The notes: generated by a model not told the origin, from the letters alone. A DNA stretch of 64,000 nucleotides from an uncultured delta proteobacterium (GCA_963848295.1 CAWKDB010000010.1:2592001-2656000), one strand, 5' to 3'. Positions 20,262 through 30,617 are shown, numbered from the stretch's first letter. Numbers and translations are program-made.

Positions 20262-21860
20262 GTGCGTTCGAACTATCTCGCGTCGTCGCTGTTGTTGCTC
20301 GTCGCGTGCGGTCACCACGGAGCGGACACCGGCGACGCGGGCGGGGCCGACGGCGTGACCACGCCCGATGCGTTTGCAGGACCGTGGGCCGACTTCCCGG
20401 TCGATCCGATCATCGACCCGAGCGCACCCGCGAATTCGGCGACGCTATTCGGCGCGGCGGGCACCGGCGCGACGACCGGCGGACCGTGCATGGTCGAGCC
20501 CGAGGTCGGCACGCTGTATCCGCAGAACTGGTTGCGGCCGCGGTTCTCGTGGATCGCGACCGGCACGGAGAACTTGTTCGAGATCCGGCTCACCGCCGCG
20601 AATCAGATCAACCCGCTCGTCGTGTACACGAGCGCGAGCACCTGGACGATGCCCGCCGATATCTGGGTCCGGCTCAGCGCCGACACGGTGGAGCAACCGA
20701 TCGCGATGACGGTGCGCGGCGCGACCTACGACGGCATGTCCGCGTTGACGAGTGGTCCAGAGATCGGGTCGATGGGCGACATCGCGGTCGCGAACGCGCA
20801 AGCGCCGGGCGCGATCGTTTATTGGACGACGAGCGGCGGCACCGCGTTGCGCGGCTTCCATATCGGCGACGAAACCGTCACGACGATCGTGCAGCCCGCC
20901 GACGATGCTCCGGCGACGAAGTGCATCGGTTGCCACTCGTCGACGCCCGACGGCACGTTCGTCGCGTACTCCGCGAGCCAGAACGCCGGCAATGGTGACC
21001 CGACCGCGCTCGGGTTCCTGAGCTCCGACGCGATGGGCACGCGGCCGAGCTTCATCACCGCGTCGGCACAGACGATGATGGCCCGATCGGGTCAAGAGTC
21101 GCCGACGTTCTCGAAGCAGCATTGGCAGCCGGGCGACCGCACCGCGGTCAACATGTTCACGGTCGGCGGCAAGTTCGAGATCATGTGGACCGATCTCGAG
21201 GCGAGCTCGACCGCGCAGAACACCGGGTGGGGCGTGGTCGCGCGCGGCGGCGACACCGGGGCCGCGGCCTACGCGTCGTTCGCGCGGACCAGCGATCAAC
21301 TGCTGTACGTCAGCGCACCGACGGTGGCCTCGGGCGTCACGGTCAGCCATGGCGACTTGATGACCGTCCCATATGGCGCGCGCGCGGGCGGCACCGCGAG
21401 CCCGCTCGTAGGAGCGAACACCGCGACGTACAACGAGTACTACCCGACGTTCTCGCCCGACGATAAGTACGTCGCCTACAACCGCGTGCCCGATGGCCAG
21501 TCGAGCTACGCGAACACGCAAGCCGAAGTGTTCGTGATCCCGACCGCCGGTGTCACCCCGACGCGCATCGCCGCAAACGATCCGACGGCTTGCAGCGGCA
21601 AGACCAGCCCCGGCATCGAGAACAGCTGGCCCAAGTGGGCGCCGCAAGCGACCGTCGACAACGCGACCGGCAAGACCTATTACTGGCTGACGTTCTCGTC
21701 GACGCGCACCGGCGGCATCCCGCAGTTGTTCGTGACACCGGTGATCGACGACGGTAGCGGCACGCTCCAGACCTATCCGGCCCTGTATCTGTGGAACCAA
21801 CCCGCGACCGACCACAACCACACGCCGGCCTGGGATAACTTCCAGCTCGTCATCCAGTAG
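20262..21860 (+). CDS. TolB-like/PD40 beta-propeller lipoprotein with a CxxCH motif
   Basis: GTG start, lipobox LVAC; CIGCH; PD40-like YYPTFSPDDKYVAY, NSWPKWAP, WLTFSSTR. Confidence 0.75.
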   Translation: MRSNYLASSLLLLVACGHHGADTGDAGGADGVTTPDAFAGPWADFPVDPIIDPSAPANSATLFGAAGTGATTGGPCMVEPEVGTLYPQNWLRPRFSWIATGTENLFEIRLTAANQINPLVVYTSASTWTMPADIWVRLSADTVEQPIAMTVRGATYDGMSALTSGPEIGSMGDIAVANAQAPGAIVYWTTSGGTALRGFHIGDETVTTIVQPADDAPATKCIGCHSSTPDGTFVAYSASQNAGNGDPTALGFLSSDAMGTRPSFITASAQTMMARSGQESPTFSKQHWQPGDRTAVNMFTVGGKFEIMWTDLEASSTAQNTGWGVVARGGDTGAAAYASFARTSDQLLYVSAPTVASGVTVSHGDLMTVPYGARAGGTASPLVGANTATYNEYYPTFSPDDKYVAYNRVPDGQSSYANTQAEVFVIPTAGVTPTRIAANDPTACSGKTSPGIENSWPKWAPQATVDNATGKTYYWLTFSSTRTGGIPQLFVTPVIDDGSGTLQTYPALYLWNQPATDHNHTPAWDNFQLVIQ

Positions 21861-21861
21861 C

Positions 21862-22455
21862 TCAGCGCGCCGCGACGAGCGCACCGCGCGGAAGCCGCGC
21901 CGCCGCTTCGACCAGGCTGTACGGCGTCGCCGCGCGCAGCGCCTGCACCGCGACCTCGAGGCGGCCGTGGATCTGTCCATTCATCGCAGCGATCGCGAGC
22001 TGCGGCGAGAGCGTCGAATCGGCGTCGAGCCTCAGCACGCCTTGCACCATTGCGATCTCCGGCACGGTCAGGCCGGAGTCGAGCATCCACGCGAACAGCG
22101 GGCCGCTGTGGACGTCGGCGAGCCGCAGCTTGTTGTTCGTGCGCACGGCGGCATCGACCAGGTCGCCGCGCCCGGACTGAAAGATCAGCTCCGCCATCGG
22201 GCAGCGCACGCCGCGCTCGTCGCGAAGCTCGCTGACTGGATATGACGTCTTCGGATCGATCGGGAACACGCCGGCCTGCTCGTAGCGCTCGAGCGCCGTG
22301 ATCATCTCCGCGCGATGGACGCCGAGCGTCGCGATCGTGAGCGGCGATGCGCTCGCCGGTGCGGCCGGCGATGCGGTCGCCGGTGCGACCGGTTTCGGGA
22401 CCGCTGCGCATCCGGCAAGCACCGCCAACGCGAGACATGAAGCTTTGACCGTCAT
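21862..22455 (-). CDS. Hypothetical lipoprotein
   Basis: MTVKASCLALAVLAGC lipobox; Pro/Ala linker; globular C-terminal part (DERGVRCPMAELI...SGLT..E). Confidence 0.6.
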   Translation of the reverse strand: MTVKASCLALAVLAGCAAVPKPVAPATASPAAPASASPLTIATLGVHRAEMITALERYEQAGVFPIDPKTSYPVSELRDERGVRCPMAELIFQSGRGDLVDAAVRTNNKLRLADVHSGPLFAWMLDSGLTVPEIAMVQGVLRLDADSTLSPQLAIAAMNGQIHGRLEVAVQALRAATPYSLVEAAARLPRGALVAAR

Positions 22456-22585
22456 GGCTAGACGATGCCGCATGGCTGCGCGCACGCGAGTAAGGCCTAC
22501 GTAAGCTCGCGAGCGCGCAGCGCGCAGCGCAAATGCTCGGCAGGAGCGGCAATGGGAACGACGACGCGAGGCCGTACTTGTTCTG

Positions 22586-23872
22586 TCAGGCGCGGTCGCC
22601 GGCGAGATCGAGGAACGTATAGCGATCGCGGATCTCGCGCGCGTGCGCGACCGCGGCGTCGAACAGCGCGTCGGGGTAGCCGAGCTCGATCGCCGTCGTC
22701 GGAGCACCGGCGGCGGTGAGGATCTGCACGATGCGGTCCGGCGTCGTCGAGATCGCGCCGAGGCGCGCGCGGAATTCGGGCCAGCGAACGGCGAGGCGCG
22801 CATTGACCTCGTCGGCCGCGGCGCGATCGAGCGCCTTGGCCGACAGCTCTGGCCAGGCCGCGTCGCCGAACGCCGGGCCGAAGTGCGCCACGACGCTGTC
22901 CCGCGTGATCGCGGTCGGCTCGACGTACGGCGGCTCGGTGCGAGCGAGCAGCTCGGCTTGGATGCGAGCGACCGCGATCGTCGCGACCCCGACCTGTTCG
23001 CCGTGCAGCGGCTCGGGGATGTGCGCCGGCCGCATCATCTCGAGGTAGTGGCTGATCATGTGCTCGCCCTGGCTCGCCGGGAAGCTACCGCCGACGAGCG
23101 TCATGCCGAACCCGGACAGCACGAGCGTGCGCGCGAGCGATCGCATCGCGGCCAGGTCGCCGCCGACGAGCGCCGCGGCATTGCCGAACAGCGTCGCCTC
23201 GTCTCCCGCGAGCAACTCGAACGGCACCGCGCGATACGGCCGATCGCGCAGCAGGTGCGCCATCAGCCAGTCGGCTTGCGCGGTCGGGCGACACACGCTG
23301 TCGCCGAGCCCGGCGCGAATCAACCGAGCCGGTGCCGCCGCGAGCACGCCGAGATCGAGAAATACGCCGACTGGGGTGCGCGCGCGCACCGAGCGCTTGA
23401 ACCCCGCCTCGCTCACCGATGCGCTGACCGAGGTGTAGCCGTTCATCGAAGGCGCGGTGCCGAACACGAGCTGCGGGACGTCGCGAGCGAGCGCGACCAT
23501 CTTCGACAGATCGTTGATCGTGCCGGACCCGACCGCGACGACCGCCGCGACGTCCGGCTCGAGCGTCGCGATCAACTTGTCGATCGTCGTGCGATCGCAG
23601 TGCGGATGATGTGGCAGCTCGATCCGCTGCACCGCGAACCGCGCCTCGAGCGCGGTGGCGACGCGCTCGCCGAGCGCCGCGTAGGTCTCGGGATCGCCGA
23701 TCATCGCGAGCTTGCCGGCGACCCCCGCGGCCGCCACGAGCTCGACCTCGCGGCCGGCGAGCGAATCTTCGATCGCGATCGCGCGCGATTCACACGCGAG
23801 CAGCTCGCCGGTGTCCGGATCGGGATACGCCCCCGCCAGCAGCCGCGCGATCGGGTCGCTAGCGGCAGGCAT
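22586..23872 (-). CDS. sn-glycerol-1-phosphate dehydrogenase family protein (AraM/EgsA-like)
   Basis: AVGSGTINDLSK, TAPSMNGYTS, AGLGD, PASQGEHMISHY, LHGEQVG. Confidence 0.82.
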   Translation of the reverse strand: MPAASDPIARLLAGAYPDPDTGELLACESRAIAIEDSLAGREVELVAAAGVAGKLAMIGDPETYAALGERVATALEARFAVQRIELPHHPHCDRTTIDKLIATLEPDVAAVVAVGSGTINDLSKMVALARDVPQLVFGTAPSMNGYTSVSASVSEAGFKRSVRARTPVGVFLDLGVLAAAPARLIRAGLGDSVCRPTAQADWLMAHLLRDRPYRAVPFELLAGDEATLFGNAAALVGGDLAAMRSLARTLVLSGFGMTLVGGSFPASQGEHMISHYLEMMRPAHIPEPLHGEQVGVATIAVARIQAELLARTEPPYVEPTAITRDSVVAHFGPAFGDAAWPELSAKALDRAAADEVNARLAVRWPEFRARLGAISTTPDRIVQILTAAGAPTTAIELGYPDALFDAAVAHAREIRDRYTFLDLAGDRA

Positions 23873-24524
23873 CGAGGATCGCTCTCAGCTGAGAGCGCAG
23901 CCCGCCCATGAGCGGTGAGAACGAGCCGTCGAACGCGGCGGAGCCGATCGTGAATGCGTCGGCGCCTGCGGCTGCGAGCGCGCGAATCTGCGCGGGCGTC
24001 GCGACGCTGCCGGCGACGAGCAGGTAACCGGGCGTGCCCCGCCGCGCCGCCCGCACCAGCTCGATCGGATCCGCTTCGGTCGCGCGATACGCGAGCAAGT
24101 CGACGCCGGCGCAGCCTTTCGCCGCGAACCGGCGACAATCGGCTTCGACGTCCTCGGGCGTGCCGCCGAGCTTCGTCGGATGGCCTACCGGCTTGCCAGG
24201 GAACGGGTGATATGTCGTGGCGCTGCCGGCGAGGATCTGCAGCACGTCGTCGACTTGGGTGCCGCCGAGCAGCCGCTCGACCCCGATGTCGCGCGCGACC
24301 CGCGCCGAATTCAAGCTCGCTTCGACCGACGTGCTGACGACCTCCATGTACGTCGTCGCACCTTGCGCGCGGATCTGCACGACGAGCTCGCGCAGCACCT
24401 CGGGTGGTACGCCGACATCCTTGAACCCGATGTGACCGAGGCCGATCGGCCGGATGTCTTCGAGCACCTCGAGACAGTCGGGGACCGTCTGGTCGGAGCG
24501 CGTCAACATGAAGACGAAGTCCAC
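23859..24524 (-). CDS. Uncharacterised TIM-barrel protein with a phosphate-binding motif
   Basis: MDFVFMLTRSD, GFKDVG, GVDLLAYR, C-terminal VAGSV...AGADAFTIGSA; overlaps the G1PDH start by 14 nt. Confidence 0.7.
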   Translation of the reverse strand: MDFVFMLTRSDQTVPDCLEVLEDIRPIGLGHIGFKDVGVPPEVLRELVVQIRAQGATTYMEVVSTSVEASLNSARVARDIGVERLLGGTQVDDVLQILAGSATTYHPFPGKPVGHPTKLGGTPEDVEADCRRFAAKGCAGVDLLAYRATEADPIELVRAARRGTPGYLLVAGSVATPAQIRALAAAGADAFTIGSAAFDGSFSPLMGGLRSQLRAILDACR

Positions 24525-24539
24525 GCAGCTCGGATCGTA

Positions 24540-25448
24540 TCACGTGCCGCGCGCTTGTTTGGCGCACAGCTCGACGAGCTGGTCGACGATCCAGCGATGG
24601 GCCGGGCCGAGCGTCGCATCGCGGCGGTAGATCACGGCGAGCCGCAGCACGTGCTCGTCGCGCGCCCAGTCAGCCGGGCGGAGCTCGACCAGCCGGTCGC
24701 GCTCGAGATCGCGACGCGCGAGGTGCTCGGGCAGATTCCCCCAGCCGAGTCCGGCGCGCAGCATCGCGTGCTTGGTATGGAGATCGTCGACCCGCCACGT
24801 CCGGGTCGACAGCACGGCTTGGTCCGGTACGCCGCTCGTCGTGCGCTCCGCGAGCACGATCTGGACGTGTTGCTCGAAGGCGTCGCGCGCGATCGCACCG
24901 CGCAGCTTCGCGAGCGGGTGGCGTGCCGCGGCGACCGGCACCATCCGGATCGGCGCCAGCGTTCGGCGCTCGAGGCTCGGCCCGGTCGCGAGCGGAGTCG
25001 CCACGCCGAGCGTCGCGCTGCCGTCGAGGACTCGCGCCGCGACCGCCGACAGCGTCTGAACATCGATGCGCAGGTCCACCGCCGCAAACTCGCGCGCGAA
25101 CCCTCGCGCCATCTCGATCAGCGCGGCGGTCGGAAAGATCGCATCGACGCACAACGCGACCGACGCCTCGACCCCGCGCACCATCCCGGCGGCGAGCCGG
25201 CGCAACGCATCGACCTCGCCGAGCACGCGCCGCGCCCTCCCGAGCACCGCCTCGCCTTCGCGTGTCAGCGTCGCGACGCGATGCGTGCGGTCCCACACCG
25301 CGACGCCGAGCTGGCTCTCGAGGTTCGCCATCGCGGTCGACACCGCCGACTGGACCCGCCCGAGCTTGCGCGCCGCGGCCGAGAAGCTGCCGCTGTCGAC
25401 CACGGCCGACAGCATCCGCAGCTGGTCCAGCGTGATCGGGTCGAGCAT
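24540..25448 (-). CDS. LysR-family transcriptional regulator
   Basis: TLDQLRML...GSFSAAARKLGRVQSAVS HTH; GLGWGNLP; divergent from pirin. Confidence 0.93.
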   Translation of the reverse strand: MLDPITLDQLRMLSAVVDSGSFSAAARKLGRVQSAVSTAMANLESQLGVAVWDRTHRVATLTREGEAVLGRARRVLGEVDALRRLAAGMVRGVEASVALCVDAIFPTAALIEMARGFAREFAAVDLRIDVQTLSAVAARVLDGSATLGVATPLATGPSLERRTLAPIRMVPVAAARHPLAKLRGAIARDAFEQHVQIVLAERTTSGVPDQAVLSTRTWRVDDLHTKHAMLRAGLGWGNLPEHLARRDLERDRLVELRPADWARDEHVLRLAVIYRRDATLGPAHRWIVDQLVELCAKQARGT

Positions 25449-25456
25449 GACCATCA

Positions 25457-25471
25457 ATCTATCAGATGGAT
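25457..25471. promoter_or_regulatory. Putative LysR box (ATC-N9-GAT, contains T-N11-A)
   Basis: atctatcagatggat in the AT-richer lysR/pirin intergenic region; atctatc recurs at 25475. Confidence 0.5.
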
Positions 25472-25546
25472 GTCATCTATCGATTACCGATTCCGTAGAT
25501 GCCACGCGATGGCCATGATTTCGCGCTACAGGAGCTATCGCAACCC

Positions 25547-26245
25547 ATGCTGACCATCCGCAAAGCCGCCGACCGAGGCCACGCCCGCCACGGTTGGCTC
25601 GATTCCCACCACACGTTCTCGTTCGCCGACTACTACGACCCGGACCACATGGGGTTCCGCGCGCTGCGCGTGATCAACGACGACCGGGTCGAAGGCGGCC
25701 GTGGCTTCGGCGCGCACCCGCACCGCGACATGGAGATCATCTCGTACGTGCTCGACGGCGCGCTCGCGCACAAGGACTCGACCGGCACCGGCGCGGTGAT
25801 CAAGCCCGGCGACGTCCAGCGCATGAGCGCCGGTACCGGCGTCACGCACAGCGAGTTCAACGCGTCGCCCGCGGACGAGGTGCACTTCTTGCAGATCTGG
25901 CTGATGCCGAACCAGCGCGGGATCGAGCCCGGCTACGAGCAGAAGACGTTCACCGACGCCGACAAGCGCGGCAAGCTCGTGCTCGTCGCCTCGCCCGATG
26001 GCACCGACGGCAGCGTGACGATCCACGCCGACGCGAAGGTCTACGCAGGCGTGCTCGGCCAGGGCGACACGACGACGTTCGCGCTACCCGCCGGCCGTCA
26101 TGCGTGGGTCCAGGTCGCGCGCGGCGAGCTGACGCTCAACGGCGAACCACTCGGCGAGGGCGACGGCGCCGCGATCAGCGACGTGCGCGACCTCGCGTTC
26201 GCCGGGGTCGACGAAGCGGAAGTGCTCGTGTTCGATCTCGGGTGA
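25547..26245 (+). CDS. Pirin-family (YhhW-like) protein
   Basis: RGHARHGWLDSHHTFSFADYYDP, HPHRDMEI, MSAGTGVTHSE, LQIW. Confidence 0.93.
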   Translation: MLTIRKAADRGHARHGWLDSHHTFSFADYYDPDHMGFRALRVINDDRVEGGRGFGAHPHRDMEIISYVLDGALAHKDSTGTGAVIKPGDVQRMSAGTGVTHSEFNASPADEVHFLQIWLMPNQRGIEPGYEQKTFTDADKRGKLVLVASPDGTDGSVTIHADAKVYAGVLGQGDTTTFALPAGRHAWVQVARGELTLNGEPLGEGDGAAISDVRDLAFAGVDEAEVLVFDLG

Positions 26246-27866
26246 TCAGTTGCCCTTGATCGTGACGACGCCGTTGCCGGCCTGCACGCCGTCGCTGCCG
26301 GTCGGGTTCGCGCCGGGGTTGAAAGAGCCGCCGCCGCCGCCAGCACTCCAGTTGGGCTGACTGGCAGCCGCCACCGCCGCCCGAATAGCCACCACCACCG
26401 CCGCCAGCACCGGCGGTGTATCCGGGGAAGATGCTCGAACCGCCGCCGCCGCCGAACCCGCCGGGGGTAGCGCCGCTGCCGCCCGCCGCGCCGTCGGCAG
26501 GATCGAGCCCGCCATCGCCCGGAGTGCCGCCTGTCTCCACATCTCCATTGCCGCCGTCACTCAAGAACCCGGCGCCGCCGCCGGGTGTCGCGACGCTGTC
26601 TATCGGGTCGGTCGAGCAGCTAGCGCCACCGCTGCCGCCGGTGCCGCCAGCGCCAACGTTGCCATTGTCGCCGTCGGTCGAGGCCGTTCCGTCGGGCGTT
26701 GCTACGCCCGGCATGCCTGGCAACGGACCGGTGCAACAATTGCCCGCGCCGCCACCACCGCCGCCCGCCGCGATCACGAGCGAGCCGTCGGCGTGTAGAA
26801 CGAACGTGCCGCCGCCGCCGCCGTTGCCGCTCGCCGGCGTGCCGCCCACGATGATCGTGAGCGTCTCCCCCGGCGTCACCGCGATCGTGCTCGTCACGCT
26901 CGCGCCGTTGCCACCGGCGGTCGTCGCACTGCCGCCCGCAGCCCCAGCCGCGGTGAACGTGAGCGCGCCGCACGTGGTCGGTACCTGGAAAGTCACCGGC
27001 GCACCGCTGTAATCGATCTCGATGTCGACGTCGCAGAAGTACGGCGTACACACTCCCGCCAAGCACCCTTCGCCCGGCCCGCACTGCATGCCGACGTCGC
27101 CGCCCGCGCAGTCGGTCGCGCCACAGAAGTTCACGTCGGTCTGCGGATCGATGCACGCGCTGTTGCACTCGAGCCGGGTCGCGTCGCACGACAGCGCGCA
27201 GTTGCCGGTACCGTCGCACACGAAGCCGTCGGCGCACGCGGTGCCGATGTCTCCGCCCGCGCAGTCGGTCGCGCCGCAGAACCGGCGATCGGTCAGCGGG
27301 TCGACGCATTGCGCGCCGCACACGAGCTCGGTCGACACGCATTGCTGCGCGCAGTGGCCGGTGCCGTCGCACACACTGCCGGTCGGGCACGGTGTGCCGA
27401 CGTTCGCGCCAGTGCAATCGCCGCTCGCGCCGCAGAACTGATTGTCGGTCAACGGGTCGACGCATTGCGCGCCGCACTCGAGCTCGCCAGCGACGCACGA
27501 CACCGCGCATTGCCCGGCGCTGCACACTTCGCCGGTGGGACACTGCGTGCCCGCGTTCGCGCCGGAGCAGTCTGCGCTCGCACCGCAGTAGCGAGGGTCG
27601 GTCTCCGGGCTGATGCATTCGCCCGCGCATTCGACCTCGCTCGCCGCGCACGTCGCGGTGCACGCGCCGCTGCTGCACAGCATGCCGCCGGGACACACGG
27701 TGCCGCACGCGCCGCAGTTCTGGGTGTCATTGATGGTATCGGTGCAGGTCGAGCCGCACAGCTCGAACGGCGCCGGGCAGCTCGCGGCGTCGGGCGGCGC
27801 CAGTCCGTTATCTCCGCACGCCCACAGCCCGAAGACGCATGCGACGACCACGGAGATCCTGCTCAT
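26246..27866 (-). CDS. Cys-rich repeat lipoprotein with a C-terminal glycine-rich domain; apparent frameshift near 26355-26362
   Basis: Lipobox LWAC; tandem C...CVDP.TD..FCGA..C repeats; AGAAGG/GGGGG Gly-rich domain. The natural-looking ending (NWSAGGGGGSF...GNGVVTIKGN) is in the adjacent frame, stopping at 26246. Confidence 0.7.
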
Positions 27867-27974
27867 CGTCGATCACGTTATCAAACCGCCGCAACGAAGG
27901 AAAGCGAGGGAGCCCCGGGGATACCCGACGACAGTTGAGTCCCCATCGCGCGATCGATTAGGCTTTGCGGTCAA

Positions 27975-28442
27975 ATGCAGCGCAGTACTCTCGGATTGGC
28001 TGTCCTCGCCGCCTGCGGTGGTGGCGGATCTCACAAGCTCGCGGATGCGTGCCTCGCGAGCGGCACCGTCACCGCGACCATGACCGGGCCGAGCGACTAC
28101 GCTTGTCACGACCCGTATATGATGAGCCTCACGGTCGTCAACACCGGGTGCGATCCGGTCGTCGTCCAAGGCATCACGCTGTCGGCGACGACCTCTGGGA
28201 CCGGATGCGAAGCGCCCGGCGATTTCACGTACCAACCGCAAGTCGCGGTGGTCGAAGGCGGCCAGACGGCAGTCGTCTTGGCTTTCACCGGCAACCAGTT
28301 CTGCTGCCGCACGATGGACTGCCCGACGCCGTTTCAGTGCGACGACACGTTCACCGCGACGATCAACACCGACGGCGCACCGATCGTGGCGACCAACTCC
28401 GCCCACCTCTCGCTCGACGGCTGCGACGTGATCTGCCCGTAA
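27975..28442 (+). CDS. Small Cys-containing hypothetical lipoprotein
   Basis: Lipobox LAAC; beta-rich, Ig-like composition. Confidence 0.65.
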   Translation: MQRSTLGLAVLAACGGGGSHKLADACLASGTVTATMTGPSDYACHDPYMMSLTVVNTGCDPVVVQGITLSATTSGTGCEAPGDFTYQPQVAVVEGGQTAVVLAFTGNQFCCRTMDCPTPFQCDDTFTATINTDGAPIVATNSAHLSLDGCDVICP

Positions 28443-28496
28443 GTCCTCGGGATCGTCGTCACGCAACTTTGGCGGCCCCGGGCCGATACCGCCCGC

Positions 28497-28898
28497 ATGA
28501 CGAACCCCGCGCTGGCGATCTACACCGAGCTACCGACCGAGCCATCTCTCGCCGCCACGTCGACGGCCGCGGCGGCGGAGCGAGCGCTTCGCACGACGGT
28601 GACCGAGAGCGTGTCGCCCGCCGCCGAGCGCGCGTTGCTCGCGATCCTCGACGCCCCGCCGCAACCCGGTGAGACCTTGAACGCCGCATATCACCGCAAG
28701 GAGCGCGAGCTCGGCACCGCGTTCGCCAAGCTCGCGGTGAGCGAAGCGCGTGCCTTGGTGCGCCGGCTGACGACGCGGCGAGTGGATGACGGGCTCGCGG
28801 TTCGATTCGGCCGTCTCGTCGCCGATCGCCGCCATCGCTTGCTCGCGTTCCTCGGCGATGCGCGCCGCCGCGAAGCGCTCGCGCGAATGATTCGTTAA
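28497..28898 (+). CDS. Hypothetical protein
   Basis: ATG-started 133-aa helical ORF filling the gap; its stop overlaps the convergent kinase stop. Confidence 0.55.
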   Translation: MTNPALAIYTELPTEPSLAATSTAAAAERALRTTVTESVSPAAERALLAILDAPPQPGETLNAAYHRKERELGTAFAKLAVSEARALVRRLTTRRVDDGLAVRFGRLVADRRHRLLAFLGDARRREALARMIR

Positions 28899-30085
28899 GC
28901 CGCCGGCAAGTCGAACGTGAACACCGTACCGGTTCCGACGACGCTGCGCACGAGCAGCTGGCCCTGGTAGCTCTCGACGATCGCCCGCGCGACCGATAGG
29001 CCGAGCCCGGTGCCGAGCTCTTCCGGTTTCGTCGTGAAGAACGGCTCGAAGATCTTCGGCAGATCGGCGGGGTCGATGCCGCGACCGTTGTCGGCGACCG
29101 AGCACACGACGCGGCCCAGCGTCGCTTCGGGATCGACCTCGATCGTGATCGCGCCGCTGCCGGGCACGCTCGCGTCGCCGGCATTGAGTATGAGATTGAC
29201 CATGATCTGCTCGATCCGCGCGCGATTGACCGTGACCATGCACGGCGCCTCGCCGAGGCGGAGGTTCACGGCGATCCGATGGAGCTTACCCGCCCCTTCG
29301 AGCATCGCGACCACGCCACGCACGACGTCGCGCAGATCGAGCGGGGTGGCGTGATCGGGGCCGGGCCGCGCGAGCTGCATCATCCGGTCGCCGTGCATCT
29401 TGATGTGATCCGCGACGCGCTCGAGGTCCGGTAGGATCGTGCGCAGGATCGCCTCGATGTCGGCGTCGTCCTCGATCGCGATGCGTAGGTCATCGACCGC
29501 GCCGATCTGGATCTGGGCGATATTGCGCAGCTCGTGTCCGACCCCACCGGCGAGCGTGCCGAGCGTGGAGCGGCGCTCCGCGAGCAACAGCTGAGTCCGC
29601 GTGGTCTCGAGCCGTTCTCCGATCGTCGTGAGCGCGGCACGCAACTCGGCTTCCGCAGCACGCCGGCGTGCGATCTCGCGCTCGCGGTCATCGAGCAGCT
29701 GTCGCCTCTGGCGCGCATCGCGGCCGACGAGCACGATGCCCTTGAGCTCGCCACCGTCGCCGAGCACCGGCGCACCGGTCATCGACATCGGAATACGTTC
29801 GCCGGCCTTGGTCACCAACCAGGCGGTGTCGCGCCGCATGATGTCGCCATCGGCAATTCTCTTACGTGCGCCCGTCCGGATCCCGGACGACGCGTCATCG
29901 AGGATGCTCGCGATGGGCATCGCCGCGAGCTCGACGGCGGTGAAGCCGGTTAGCAGCTCGGCTGCGGCATTATGGTGCAGTAAGTGGCCCTCGACATCGA
30001 CCACGAAGACCACATCCACCATCGCCTCGAGGACGTGTTCGATCATCGTGCGTTCTCGTTCTCGGAATTCTTCTGAACCTACCAC
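28895..30085 (-). CDS. PAS-domain sensor histidine kinase
   Basis: N-terminal PAS, GHELRN H-box, NLILNA, DNGRG, FEPFFTTK, GTGLGL. Confidence 0.9.
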   Translation of the reverse strand: MVGSEEFRERERTMIEHVLEAMVDVVFVVDVEGHLLHHNAAAELLTGFTAVELAAMPIASILDDASSGIRTGARKRIADGDIMRRDTAWLVTKAGERIPMSMTGAPVLGDGGELKGIVLVGRDARQRRQLLDDREREIARRRAAEAELRAALTTIGERLETTRTQLLLAERRSTLGTLAGGVGHELRNIAQIQIGAVDDLRIAIEDDADIEAILRTILPDLERVADHIKMHGDRMMQLARPGPDHATPLDLRDVVRGVVAMLEGAGKLHRIAVNLRLGEAPCMVTVNRARIEQIMVNLILNAGDASVPGSGAITIEVDPEATLGRVVCSVADNGRGIDPADLPKIFEPFFTTKPEELGTGLGLSVARAIVESYQGQLLVRSVVGTGTVFTFDLPAA

Positions 30086-30119
30086 TGCTGGTGGATGAAA
30101 AAGCGAAGCTCCACCACGC

Positions 30120-30521
30120 GTGGCTAGAGAACAGGTCCCGGTTGGTCGATATGTGAAAAGAGTGTCTCTCTCCGAATCACTGGGGGCGTTAGGTGGCTTG
30201 ATCCGGATGACGCGGACCGCGAACGGGCTGACTCAGCAAGCGCTCGGGGAGCGCGCCGGTCTCGGAGGGAAGTACGTCAGCGAGATCGAGCGCGGCACGC
30301 GCGACTTGCCGTTCAGCACGCTGCACGCCTTGGTCGAGCACGGCCTCGCGTTGCGGCTCGAGATCTCGTTCCCGCATCGCAGTATCTCGCGCGCGAGCAG
30401 TCACCCGCCGCTGCCGCGCGCGATCGAAGAGCTCGCGCGCAAGCTGGCCGCCTTGCCTCGTGAACGGCAGCGGGCGGTCGTGGCGCTCGTCAAGGCCGTG
30501 TTGCGACTCGCCAGCGGCTGA
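30120..30521 (+). CDS. XRE-family HTH regulator
   Basis: GLTQQALGERAGLGGKYVSEIERG; start may be GTG 30153. Confidence 0.8.
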   Translation: MAREQVPVGRYVKRVSLSESLGALGGLIRMTRTANGLTQQALGERAGLGGKYVSEIERGTRDLPFSTLHALVEHGLALRLEISFPHRSISRASSHPPLPRAIEELARKLAALPRERQRAVVALVKAVLRLASG

Positions 30522-30617
30522 CTTGACCGCCGGCAACTCGACTTGCCGGAGCGGTCGAACCTCCCGGGATCACATAGCTGCAACCTTGGTGCGCTGCGTG
30601 CAAATACGCTCCTCGCC

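Noticed and set aside
22456..22585. Imperfect hairpin or possible repeat fragment between the lipoprotein and G1PDH genes
   Set aside because: GC-rich pairing with no second copy in the window; cannot be supported without a genome-wide search.
23859..24524. Calling the TIM barrel a GGGP synthase/PcrB
   Set aside because: The characteristic YLE.GSG-type motif is not visible; only a generic phosphate-binding end is present.
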